DNA of 63,770 bases, filler included, from Octopus bimaculoides (lineage: Eukaryota): assembly GCF_001194135.2 (NCBI RefSeq). It is 4 parts of 4 records of this genome, joined end to end, with 100 filler letters (N's around TTAATTAATTAA, not from the genome) between each part and the next. Parts side by side here need not be neighbours in the genome. Positions count along the whole stretch, not along the records: positions 35,952 to 54,479 come from NC_068981.1; positions 54,580 to 63,770 come from NC_068983.1; 2 more parts are not named here. One strand, given 5' to 3'. Each line of letters begins with the position of its first letter. The stretch's first letter is position 1. Shown piece by piece: positions 51,350 through 63,770 of the stretch. Made by a program: the position numbers and the translations under genes. Below the pieces are notes generated by a model, which was given only the letters and a program-made list of their open reading frames with translations, was not told the origin of the DNA and searched no databases.

Positions 51350-51870
51350 ACATTCCTTACTCACATCAAAGAAACACTCCAGCCTGCCACTCTTGGTCAA
51401 GACGCAAATAAGACCAAGTTCTTATTTTCATGAAGAGGCTCTGTCACCAATGTCGCGTGGATGCTTGGTCAACATTGTTGTGGTGGTTATCTGTAGGATG
51501 TGTGTTGTATTGTTGAAGACCTTCGTTGTGTGGTCTGGCTGGCTGCGCATATAATAAATGAAGTAACTCATAAACTTCTAATTTTTAACTACTTATTGCT
51601 GGACATGATTTACTGTGTTGGCTGTTTACAAAAGAAAGATGCTGATAATATAAACACTGATTGGGATGAAAGAACTGTGCTGCATCTGGTTGAAGGCTAG
51701 TTGTGGTACATCATTTATAAGTGTCCAAAATCATCTTTGCTTTGAGGTGGTCTGAGTGCCCAATTTGATCTGGTCTTAGCAGTCTACCTTCTGTAAGTGG
51801 ACTACTTGAGTGCCCGAGGCTGCCTGCCTTACTCACTTGCCTGAGGCTGTGTAGTGAATTAGGCGCCAAA
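51350..51870 (-). mobile_element. Possible highly decayed Gypsy gag/protease remnant
   Basis: tggcgcc PBS-like motif at ~51868, then RLLRPDQIG, HPRDIGDRA (cf. gag H-x-x-FG-x-x-A) and KSGRLECFFD; many stops. Confidence 0.3.
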
Positions 51871-52689
51871 GGGTTTTTATAGGGTGAAAAGAGGACAACA
51901 ACCAGGAACGTGTGTGACTCGTAGGTTAAATGGAGTGAGAGAGGGGTTGATTTAAATGAAATCTTACACAAATAAAAATGTAACAGGTAGCTTCTTAGAT
52001 TCTAAGCTAGGATTCGAAACTGAATCTACATTTTTCTATAGATTCTCTTCTTGTTGTTCTAGGCTTTTGCACTTAGAAATTTATGAGAGTCAACTGTAAC
52101 ACTTAGGTTCTATTATTTAACTTAACATTTTTAGGTTAAATATAGTGCAAGGGAGATAAACCCATTACTTTCCATTTTTCTGATGTACATCCAGCTTTCC
52201 AGCATATGTAAGTAAAAGTAACCAAATTTGGCTTTTCCTTCTTTCTTTCAGTGCCAATGGAGGGAACACCTTATGCAAGGAACTGCACAGTGTTTACCCT
52301 CTCTACTTGTCTATACTATCTTACTCTTTCTCTCTCTCCTTTTTCCACCAGTCTTCTAGCAGTCAATAAAAGATGAAGTTAACTACCTACAGAATGGATA
52401 ACAAAATAGCAAATAACCTGTGTACAACAACAGCTTAAGGTTGTATTTTACATTGTAACAATGAAAATTAAGGACCATTTCAACCAATTAATATTTTTCT
52501 TCTCATTTTAATTGCTACATACCATTGTTAAAAAAACACAAATAACAATTTGTAAATCATTTTTTATCAATTAATGATACAAGTTGACACAAATTACAAT
52601 ATGAAATTTTAAAATATTATTTTCTGCCTTTTTTCACCAGAAAAATATCAATTATTTGTCAACATTTTCATCATCTGACATGTTGGATT

Positions 52690-53935
52690 ACTTTCTTTCA
52701 ATGCTACACTGCTTAGTTGTATTCAACCTATTGTACTCCTCAGAAATGTGTGCATTTGTCTGAAGCTGCTGAAAACACACTGCAGATTACATAGTGTAGC
52801 AGGGATGGTTGCCAACATACCAGCGATTGTGTTGAAGACCAACAGAAGCAAGATAATTTTCATCAATAGTTGGCTGTGAACCTAATAGATACATATTGTC
52901 CGTAAAAATGTTTGCGTAGATTGTCTTTTTCTGCCTTTAGAAGACCCATAACAACACGATAATGTACTGCAACAATTTGAATGTGCTCGTCTGATGTATT
53001 AGAATTGATAATGACTCATCTGCATGCAAAAAAATATATCTTAATCATTACAATTCCATAATAATCTTTTCAAGATATGTGATGGCAATCTTTGATTGGT
53101 TGATCCCATGGCACTTCCATTGCTCATTCATCAGCTAGAGCTTGCAAACGGCAAGATATTTTTCCTCTGCTTTCCTGAATGAAAATTATGATATTTTAAC
53201 TTAATTTCAGAGCAGTTTCAGACTATTTTCAAGTTATGACATTTCTAAGAATTTCCTTGGTTGCTGTAACCATTCTTTTAGCACATATAACGTAAAGTTT
53301 TCCTATTAAATATTTGCTAATGTTGTTTGAATTTACAAAACTATTTTCCAAGCACTCCAATTAAGAAGTCAAAATTGCACACGGCATTAAATAATACACT
53401 GATATCCATAAATGTATTGAAGCCTTGGTTACATTTTTTACTTCTACATTATTTTACATCTACAAGACCACCTTGTTACAATTTGAATTTTAAGGGTTCA
53501 TATTTATTCTCTATCAAATGTGATTTCAATGATTGTATGCCGTTTGGGACTGGCATTTAGAAAGTATTAGACACTACACATTATTTCTGAGGCAATGCAG
53601 AGTGGTTCAGTATCTGTCATTCTATTTTGGACAGCAAGATTTAGAAGGTGTACATGGCAATGGGCATAGCTGGCAAGTGGAGAAAATTTCTTTTACTGTT
53701 GTTGCCAACCTTCCATCAACTTCAGTCATATTTGCTACATTATCAACACATTTTCAATTTCAAGTATTTCCTGAATATATTTTTGACTAACTCACAGAGA
53801 AAACTTCTTTCTGAGAAAAGCATGGCACAAAATCTGAAGAAAGACTCTCCATTTTCTTCTTCAGCTTGACCCTACTAGTATCTGATGTTTCATCAACGAT
53901 AATAAAATATGCTTCACATGATTCTTTTACATGTT
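52690..53935 (-). pseudogene. Fossil hAT-superfamily transposase (ZMYM1-like type)
   Basis: Ordered motifs across frameshifts and stops: YFIIVDETSD (~53915-53885), CVDNVANM, YAHCHVHLLNLAV (~53665-53629), FLNASPKR, TRW, NISKYL, and the dimerization region LATIPAT...FSSFRQMHTFLRST...RLN...SIE. Confidence 0.85.
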
Positions 53936-54084
53936 TCAGTCATTTGACTGTGGCCATGCTGGAATACCGCCTTCAAAGATTTTTTAGTCAAAGAAATTTA
54001 CCACAGGGCTGAAATGGTAAAAGTGTCAATTGAATTAGATTAATGTTGTTCTTGTGACCGTTTTACTGTTAATCCTAAATCTGC

Positions 54085-54250
54085 AAGGTCATACAGGAAT
54101 GGCTGTGTGGTAAGAAGGTTGCTTCCCAACCACATGGTTCCAGGTTCAGTCCCACTGTGTGGCACCTTGGGCAAATGCCTTCTACTATATCTTCGGGCCG
54201 ACCAAAACTTTTGTGAGTGGATTTGGTTGTTGGAAACTGAAAGAAGCCCG
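54085..54250 (+). mobile_element. SINE family A 5' half
   Basis: atggctgtgtggtaagaagg...ggttcagtcccactgtgtggcacc...ggaaactgaaagaagccc. Confidence 0.85.
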
Positions 54251-54479
54251 TCATCATCATCATCATCATCATCGTTTAACGTCCGCATTCCATGCTAGCA
54301 TGGGTTGGACGATTTGACTGAGGACTGGTGAAACCGGATGGCAACACCAGGCTCCAGTCTAATTTGGCAGAGTTTCTGGATGCCCTTTCTAACGCCAACC
54401 ACTCAGAGAGTGTAGTGGGTCCTTTTACGTGTCACCCGCACGAAAACAGCCACGCTCGAAATGGTGTCTTTTATGTGCC
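54250..54479 (-). mobile_element. SINE family C, very similar to 35952-36183
   Basis: Near-identical reverse complement apart from a short deletion; ends at a gap. Confidence 0.85.
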
Positions 54480-54579
54480 NNNNNNNNNNNNNNNNNNNNN
54501 NNNNNNNNNNNNNNNNNNNNNNNTTAATTAATTAANNNNNNNNNNNNNNNNNNNNNNNNNNNNNNNNNNNNNNNNNNNN
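54480..54579. other. Assembly placeholder: N44-TTAATTAATTAA-N44
   Basis: Identical layout to 11161-11260. Confidence 0.95.
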
Positions 54580-54905
54580 CCCTTCACACCTTATGGCATA
54601 AAGTAAATTTTTTGATGCGCAGGTGAAGTTATTTTTTATGACAAAAGTATGTCCCGACTGGAATCTGTATGTTGTTCCTTCCATGAGGTGGATGCAAGTC
54701 CTGCAGTTGGAACGACCACATTTTTTGACGGTAGGTGGTGGGCTTGTGTTGGGCAATTTTGCATTCGTGAGTAGGTTTTTAGGGATTTGGGTTGTCTTTT
54801 GCTTTTTATTATTTTATGGGTTGCGAGTACTCTTTTTAGACGTGGGTCTTGATTCAGTAGTGGGATGTTTTGTATATTATTGTGTAAGCTTCTGCATTTC
54901 TAGGA
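54580..54905 (-). mobile_element. Penelope-like element fragment (RT/GIY-YIG junction)
   Basis: NIPLLNQDPRLKRVL...IIKSKRQPKSL (frameshift) KNLLTNAKL...KKCGRSNCRTC...FTCASKNLLYAIRCEG is the typical PLE Cys linker leading into GIY-YIG; the read runs into a gap. Confidence 0.85.
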
Positions 54906-55404
54906 TTGTGTGTTGAGAGATATGGGAGACTATTTAACGTACCGTGTATGTGTTTCGGTTTATATATATATATATATTCGTCTTTAATCTATAACAGAAG
55001 TAACAGTGTTTCAGGGCCGTGACTTTCGTGCGTTGGCACATATATATATATAGTAATCCTAAAGTGTAGAAATTACTGGCTATATTACTTCATTAAGTAG
55101 TCGATGGTGAAACTGACAGTTACAATAATGTTTTGAATTTTATATTGTAACAAAAACATTTCTACAATCATATTGGAATTTTTTTTTTTTTCTAAATGCT
55201 ATCCATTGGCGATTACTTCTACAGAACATTTGAGTACATGTATATTGTTGTACAAGAGTACGACGTCCTCTGGTGAGAATAGACTAGACGGCTACATATA
55301 GATAGTAGCGGTCTGAGTAACTGAGATAATTCTAAGACATTAACGGCGTACACTAAATTAAAACTATTTTTTCCCACTCCGCTTCCAAATTTTTCACACC
55401 GCGA

Positions 55405-56950
55405 AATCTAGGGTATGGAAAGTCAATCCCAGCATATGCGCTGATGATGTCACTGTAATCGTATCCAGGGACCAGAACCTACAGAGGGTAGATGAGACCC
55501 TAAATGATTACGAAGCGGTGGTAGGAGCAAGCATTAACCGGGATAAGTCGGTAGGCTTGCAGCTCGGCTTCTGGAGAGGCAAGCCAATGCCATCCGACAG
55601 TGTCATCGGACGCTGGGCAGACAGTCCGGTGAAAATGTTTAGAATCTGGTTTGGTCCAAACCTTCAGATATAGAAGAACTACAGCGAGGTTACGGGCAGG
55701 GTGGTGTCTATAACTCAGACCTTGTCTGGGCGGAGGCTATCCCTGAAAGGGAGGGTGGAGGTGGCAAATGTGTTTATTGCATTACCTACCACCCCGATTC
55801 GTGATTAAACTTGTTGGAACGCATGCTCTTTCACTTCTTGTGGGCGTGCAGGCGGCCTCTTGTACAGCGCTCTAGCTGCTGCCAACAGCCGCTAAAGGCT
55901 GGGTTAGGGATGCAGTGGCTAAAGATACGCAGGCATGCTCTGAGGGTGAGGCATCTCTGACTTTACCTGGACGGTGAGCGGATGTGGTCTCCGTTCGTTG
56001 ATGAGATATTTCCCAGGTTCAGCTCTTTTAGTGAACTGGAATGCTGGATCAAGCGTAGGCCAAGGCTGAGAGCTTGGGGAGTAGAATATCGACAGGCGCT
56101 CGTGCATCTCTCCCGAACGAGCAATGCCGGCGAAGGGGATACCACCTCAGCGTACTATAGAGAGCTGGTAGAGGGCAAATGTGATGACGGCCTGGGGGAA
56201 ACTCTGGTCTTCTATGAAAGTCAGCTTGTCAACCTGCATCGAAGAGTGTTCGGTTCTGGACCTATGGACAACTTCCAGAGGTCTCTGGCTAGGCTGTACT
56301 TCCGAAGTACCTTGCCAGTTTGGTGTCTTGCCTACGTATCCACGTTGCGTGTAGAGCAACGAAACTGTCCTACATGCTATCGTACAGTGTCTGAGTCTGT
56401 TGGTCCTGTGGGTTTCTACCGAACGGGAACTATCACAGCTGGGGAGAGTACAGCTGTAAGCCGAATCGATTATTAAGATCGTTCGCCGTCTCCTCTAAAA
56501 GGAGAAATGAAATACTGTTTTCTAGCCGTATTAGCTATAGCGAAAGAGGTGATATGGAAGATTCATGGAAGAGGTATCGCATCAGGCACCATCGTTTCCG
56601 GGCATGCGTCGATTAACCTCTTCTTCTATCACCTAAGAGCGAAAGTATGTCTGGAGAAGAAATGCCTGACGGCAAATAGTACGATGGGAGATGAAAGAAA
56701 GTAACCAGAATGTTGGATATGATAGCGCCTAATTAAGCGGAGTAAAGAAAAGGACGAAGTAAACGGTTCAACGCAGGAATGTGCTTGGTGGGGTCAAACC
56801 CGTTCGGTGTCCATTCGTTGTTTGTTTTACATCTTTATTCAAAATTATAATGTATTTATTCATATATATAATATAATTCGATAAGTCTCCGACCCCATTT
56901 GTTCCTTTATTGTCCCCTTCTTGTTTAACCCTTGTAGTTTCAATAAAACC
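55405..56950 (+). mobile_element. 5'-truncated Tx1/L1-clade LINE (ORF2 RT C-terminus and 3' UTR), decayed
   Basis: AYA(frameshift)DDVTVIV at ~55432-55460, then YEAVVGASINRDKS...WRG and GRRLSLKGRVEVAN; the track ORF 55982-56476 and KEVIWK follow; aataaa at ~56943. Confidence 0.85.
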
Positions 56951-57239
56951 ATTTGGCCAGTTCCGAAGTTCGTGTGTTGATAATTCAAAGTTGGAGTTCA
57001 AAGCTTACAGCTCGAGTTAGCGTGTTGGATTGTTAGTTATTAAAAGAATGTTGTGACAATCCGTTTGGTTACTGCCGTTTGTTTCGATTATATTGTTATT
57101 ACACTATTGCAGTGTATTTGTTTATTCATAAGGATGTAACATATATGTGTATATATACATATATAAATACATACATACGTACATACATACATTCATACAT
57201 ACATGCATACATACACACATACATATATATATGTATATA

Positions 57240-57274
<35 letters not shown>

Positions 57275-57666
57275 NNNNNNNNNNNNNNNNNNNNNNNNNN
57301 NNNNNNNNNNNNNNNNNNNNNNNNNNNNNNNGTATGTATGTATGTATCTATGTATGTATGTATACATATGTGCGCATTGAAAGTTTCTACGCTATGTGGT
57401 GTGTATGAAGGCATCCACGTCCCGAGAATGTCGGTTCCATCCCTATTTTGTAAGCCACCGCTTGTTTAAGATGATAAAAGATTTTCGGTTGTGAAATAAT
57501 TTCATCCAGACTTCGCTTAAATCTTTTTGATAAAAACATTCGTTTTATCATTCATTTCATTTATAAAGCCATACGAAGCCATATATATATTTAAATAGTA
57601 ATATATTTAAAAGTCATACTAAATGTGTTTAGTGCCTCTTTCCTTTTTCATCCACCCACTGACTAG

Positions 57667-57716
<50 letters not shown>

Positions 57717-59182
57717 CAATTTTTTCTCTCTGTTGGAAGTCATCACTCTAGTTTCTGTTTTGTACTTGTTGACTTCCTTGAAGGTAGAAAATAATATTTT
57801 CGTTTATCTTTCATATTTTGTAGCTATTGATATTAATTTCTCATTATTTTTCTCTAGATCGTTTTATATTCCCACTGTGAATATTATCTGATAGTAGTTT
57901 AGTTGCAGAAGGTGTCTACTTCCTTGGAGATAAATATAATTTTTCTGTTGCAAATTATGCTGGTGTACTCTAAATTTATTCATCATTACTTTTGCTTTCC
58001 TTCTCTTTTTTCTTTCTAAACTTGGTAATTCATATAAATTCCAGTTGAAAAACAAAAATAACATATTACTTGGATAGTAAGAATGTTAATAACTATTAGA
58101 ATTGTTTTCAGGTTTCGCTCTGTTTTATATATTAATCTAGAACATCTATAACAATCCATTCTAATTCACTAATTCCCAAGTTTTTACATGTCTGGGTTTT
58201 GTCTAATGCCCCTTGCACGATTTAATTTATGACATTAATAATTTTTAATTCATTTTCTCTTCTGAATGTTGTATCAGCACATATTTCTAATAACTGTATC
58301 TCTTTGATTCTGCTAGTTAATCCATGTAATGTCTCAGTCAATGCTTCTAGTTGTTTACCCTGCAACGTATAACTTGACGCCATTTATTTAGGAAAGTTAT
58401 CTTTTCATATTAGTTGAATCCGGTGTAACATGATGGATAAACCTATTAACACAAGTCAAATATAAAGTGAAGTGAGGGAGTTCACTTTGACGATACATTT
58501 CTTAATAGCTAGAGTTTTTTTTATTGTTTCCTCCGTTATGTTTGTCTGCAGAATTGTTTGCTACTGTTTTTTTCATGCAATGGTTGATGTAACTGCTGTT
58601 TATTAGTGTTATATTACACGGGTTTAATGTTTCTATAAATCACAGCATCTGATAATGAATCCTGTCATGCATAAACTTTTTTTCCTGGTACAGTTTTCAA
58701 TAATGGCTTTGCAGATTATTAATTGATTTAATCATCTCTTCGGTTAATTTAGAAAACATTTTTTTTATGTAAGACTATTTTCCAGAACGAAATGCATTTT
58801 TTTCTTCCTAGATATAAACTTACGAATGATCGGATATGATGTAAAGAAATATACACCCACTTTACTCAACAATCGTGTTATGATTTTCTTTTCTCTGGTT
58901 TATAAATTCATTTCGGAAAACATGATTTTAAATTCAAAAGCAATAGCGTCACCTAATCACTACTTAGTTACATAAGGACTTCGTGTGTGGGTGTATTGAT
59001 ACTGCACTGAAGTTTCAAGTTTGAATGTTACTTATATTTTCGATAAACTTTTAAAAATAAAGGAAAAAGATAAAAGAACAAATAAAAAAGATAAGCTGCA
59101 AATGAGGGAGAGAAACAAGTGAGAAAATGGCAAGATAGCACTGCATTACTGTTACAAGCAAAAAGTGCTCCTGAAGCTGAAA

Positions 59183-59227
<45 letters not shown>

Positions 59228-60211
59228 CTGATTGTTATGGCCCGTCATAGAGTAACCATTGGTTCCGCACCTATATAGAGCTGGCTGTATATGCGACTCG
59301 TCAGACGCAAATGGCCGAAGGCACATAACCTCTGTACAACTGAAAGGAGTAAAACGGCATAGTCAGTTAGTTTCGTGAATTTCGTGAACTAAAAATATAT
59401 TAATACATCCGGAATGACCTTGTAGTTAGATGTGGGGATGGAGTTATCTCTCTTACATCAGTTCCAACTGACTGTGACAATTTACGAAGTTGTTGGCGTG
59501 GTTCTAATCAGCGAATGGGAAATTCTAAGCTTGCAGCAGGAAACACTTCCTTTTTGGAGTTTAAAAAGGAACCCGGGTCAAGCGAATTGTTTATTATTCT
59601 TGCTCTCTGTGCCAAAGAAAGCTTACATTGATTTTTCCTGTTGATATATAATCCCGGTTGTTCGAAGAGCCTCCATTTACTTATGTACGTCGTGCCATAC
59701 TCTTTTAAACGCCATACGCAACTGACCGGGCCGGGTACATTATGTGACTCTCCGCTATCCTAAGAGAAGACTTGCGGTTACTCAGACGTTGCTTAACGGG
59801 GTCGACCATGGAATAGGCTTATTTCTAAGTCTGTGCACTGGATGTGATACAACCGCTGTTGTTTCTTTCGTTAACTCCGGGCTCGATGTCGTTGTTGTTG
59901 CTGAAGTCACTGCTGTTGCTGCTATTCGTTGTCGTGTTCCTGATGATTCGGCTGCATTGTTGGTGTTGTTATCGGTGGATGCGTCGTTGGTGCCGTTGCT
60001 GCCTACGCTAATGCACTGGCTACCATTACAGGTCACCACCTCAGCCTCATACACAATCCTCGGGCCTTCGCATCGACCTCCTTTGGGCACTCACTGTACA
60101 CCCCACATGAGCATCCTGCCTTTAAATGTATATATATATATATATATATATATATNNNNNNNNNNNNNNNNNNNNNNNNNNNNNNNNNNNNNNNNNNNNN
60201 NNNNNNNNCTC

Positions 60212-60259
<48 letters not shown>

Positions 60260-61144
60260 TAGCAAAGAAGCAAAATAACATATACATATGTAACATATAC
60301 CAGCCAATCTACCTCAGATCAATTTCTACTAACCAACACATGGAAAAATATTTTAAATAATATATTAGATATAAAATTTGGGAAGAAAAGTTGTTACGGT
60401 CACAACTTGTACGTTGTTCTCAAGCAAGTCAGATTTTGAATATAACAATAACAACAACCACAAAAGTATCAAAACTACAATATATAAATGTAACACATGT
60501 AGAACGACAGACGTAGAGCAACAAAAAAGGACCAAAAGAACTACGAAGAGTAACTAAAATCGTATTCCACCATAACTACAGATTATCGATCATCAAAAGC
60601 AGAAAGACCGAAAGAGAACTATATGAACGAAAATATGAACAGTATTGAATATAACAAGATCAAAGTCCAAGCAATAAATAAGTTAAAAATGTTCGACTAG
60701 ACTATGGCACGAATATTAAAGTGGAAAGAATTAAAGAATTCAAATCGATGAATTTTCTCTTTTACCATTCAAAGACTTGTTACAGATATAATTTTATATA
60801 GCTTCGTGTATGACTGAAATTGTCGCGGTGAGAGTAATATCGAAAATTTCAGACCGGGTCCTTCAGAGTAAAGTTCACTATAGAGAAATAGAAGAGTATT
60901 TCATTCTACTCTTCCTGTACAAGTTATGTAATGCAGACCACCAAAGTCACCACCACCACCACCACTACCACTGTTCTCCTTGCGTTCTGTGTTGTCTCGT
61001 ATATCACTAACTATCCTCCATCCCTACAGGACGGGCGAAGGGTCGTTCTGTTGAAATTAGAATTAAGAACACTAACGTACGCATTTAAATTTCGCAATAT
61101 CGTTTGCTAGGCGCTCTATATATTCTACGAATCCTATGCTGCTC

Positions 61145-61175
<31 letters not shown>

Positions 61176-61787
61176 GCAACACCACCACCACCAACAACAA
61201 CAACAACAACAACACTCGTTTCTATATTGGCTGCGAAAACTATAATATACAAAAATGTACTATAGACTGTATCTCTTAGAATTTTTATCCAAAATTATTT
61301 TGCAAAGAGTGCAAATATTACGTCTGTAATACATACTATGTTTTTGCAGACAGAGAAAGGAGAAATGTTGCTTTTTCTCTTTCCCTCTTTTTCTCTCTGC
61401 ATTTTATGTATAGTAGTTTGGCTAAAAAAATTTAGATGCGGTATAAAGTATATTATATAACAACGAAATGAAACGTTGTCAACACGTATTCGATGTATGC
61501 AATACGTACGTACGAGATGGGACCTACAAGTCATACGAGAGAAAAAGGTGGTGAAAATGTTACACCGTCAAAGTTTTAAAAGCGAAGGGAAGTTAAACAT
61601 TGAAAAAAATACAAACATTTATTTGACGTCATAGGAAACTATAAACTTAGAGGGAACGTAAAATAATTATCATCGTTCTTTTGGCGGGGCAGAGACTGCG
61701 GATATCAAATCAGACAAAGCGATAAAAAGACTTGGTCTGAAAGGGGATTTTTAACACAATGTTTATAGCTTTAATATTCAACACTAT

Positions 61788-62000
61788 TAAAGCGGCGAGC
61801 TGGCAGGATCGTTTGCACGCCGGGAAAAATGCTAAGTAGCATTTAGTCTGTCTTTACGGTCTGAGTTCAGAATTCACCGAAATTGACTTTAACTTTTATC
61901 CTTTCAAGGTCGATAGAATAAATACCATTTGAACACTGGGGTCGATGTAATCGACTAATTCCTGCCCCGGATTTCCTGTTCTTGTACCAATATTTGACGA
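61788..62000 (+). mobile_element. SINE family B
   Basis: aaagcggcgagctggcagg...ggggtcgatgtaatcgac. Confidence 0.8.
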
Positions 62001-63384
62001 TAATATTTAAACCTTTACTTGCTTTGAGATCTACTGTTCCAAAGAAAAAAAAAAAGAAAAAGCGACAACATATATTTACATTTCAAAGTAAAAATGCATA
62101 ATAAATCACGACGGCAAATTGGCGGAGTCCTTATGGAGTCGCAAAGAATGCCTTGCAGTATTTATTCGTACTGTTGCAGATTGCGTTCAAATATTGTCGA
62201 GGTCAGCTTTGCTTCTATCTTTCCAGTTCCGATAATGTACCAATGTAGAACAGTAGACAGAAGGAAAACTTGTAGTGTAGATTTTGATACTTTGCATTTT
62301 GAGTTCACTGGGGTGGCAGACCATACCCATCACCGCTTTAGCGCCATCACCTAACTATTTCGTACATTTAGCGGATGAGTCTAGTCTGTTATTAGCATAT
62401 TGGTCAAGTATTCGGTTTGTGGATCCCTTCTCCCGCCTTTCTGCGCATTGTGAAGGCTTGCAAAGAATCATTCAAAGTATCTTCTTTTCAGATTAGAATA
62501 TAAAAATACTAATAAAAACATCATTCAGTTTGAAAATAGACAACTATTTGCATATGGGTGTATCAACCTTCTGCGTTAAGAAGGTTTTTCCTAATTAATA
62601 ACCTCTCTACTACAACTCAGTACTGTTCATAGCTGCAGATTCAAACTCATCATCGAGGAACTCTTGGGTTACTAAGAGGAAGTTAAAGCCCTTGACCGGT
62701 ACACGTTATGAAGATTGAAATATAAACACACCTCCTTCTCTGTATTTCGCCTGGAAATTGTTATCTTTACGAAGGGTATGTGTTTCACATTTCATTCAGC
62801 AAGGAGGCAGGTTTCCCCAGACAGGAGATGCTTCAGTTTCTTCGTAGGACATGGATACTCACTTAGTTGTGAGCGTCTCCTTATTCATGGTTAAGTACCA
62901 CTCTTCGAGATATTGTATTGCCACGCCTCGTTTTGAATTTTTCTCCTTATTTGAGATGAGCTCTGTTTAACGGAGACAGGCTCCTCCATTACAGGCTGTC
63001 TTTCAAAGGTTTTGACGCCTGCCAGGAACACACCTTTTTTTATTGCTCATTTGCATATGTTACGAACAAATCCACCGATCCGCTTCAGCTTTCATCTACT
63101 CCCTATCTTCATATGTAGATGCGGCTATATTGCTGAGAGAAGCGGTTTTCGGATCATTTAATTATGGCTGTTGTTGCCGTTACTATGGATGAACGTCACT
63201 ACCTACACTGAGTGATACTGAGGAAGGATGTTCTTTGTTCTTAACTATTGGCAATGAGAATGGGATGTCTTTTGACAGTTCAAGAATTGTGCGTTCTTCT
63301 ATCTAAGGAACAACTTCTATTTGCTGCTGTTGTTGCTTTTGGAATTTAAAACATTCTGGGCGTAAAGTTCTTAAATGTTTACTC

Positions 63385-63594
63385 CCTCTTTTACTTGTTT
63401 CAGTCATTTGACTGCGGCCATGCTGGAGCACCGCCTTTAGTCGAGCAAATCGACTCCAGGACTTATTCTTTGTAAGCCTAGAACTTATTCTATCGGTCTT
63501 TTTTGCCGAACCGCTGAGTTACGGGGACGTAACCACACCAGCATCGGTTGTCAAGCGATGGTGAGGGGGGGGGGACAAATACAGAAACACAAAT

Positions 63595-63627
<33 letters not shown>

Positions 63628-63770
63628 CATATATACGACGGGTTTCTTTCAGTTTCCGTCTACCAAATCCACTCACAAGGCTTTGGTCGGCCCGAGGCTA
63701 TAGTAGAAGACACTTGCCCAAGGTGCCACGCAGTGGGACTGAACCCGGAACCATGTGGTTGGTAAGCAAG
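63385..63770 (-). mobile_element. SINE family A, near-intact, running to the window edge
   Basis: Reverse complement of the full consensus. Confidence 0.9.

Overview
AT-rich, repeat-saturated animal genomic DNA from a gapped draft assembly, with roughly 5.5-6 kb of N. The SINE families, microsatellite load and LINE types strongly resemble Octopus; this is recognition from memory, not a database result. Nearly all ORFs in the supplied track are microsatellite, antisense or gap artefacts. Supported host coding signal is small. (1) A 32-nt first coding exon at 44079-44110 (-) reads MRIWTSEHTF with a gtaagt donor, matching the N-terminus and first intron position of slowmo/PRELID3B; no later exons are visible in the 44 kb downstream. 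(2) A 248-aa intronless ORF at 39799-40545 (-) has a Myb/SANT-like (trihelix-type) N-terminus and a CCCH zinc finger hidden by compensating frameshifts; this is the most unusual object in the window. The rest is a transposon graveyard: dozens of tRNA-type and RTE-tailed SINE copies; fragments of RTE, CR1/L2, Tx1/L1, RLE-type and Penelope retroelements; fossil hAT and maT/Tc1 transposases; and a TTAA MITE. Also present are hammerhead-ribozyme-like motifs, long inverted repeats able to form dsRNA, and retroelements that appear to end in specific microsatellites. No CRISPR array, rRNA or intact tRNA gene was seen.
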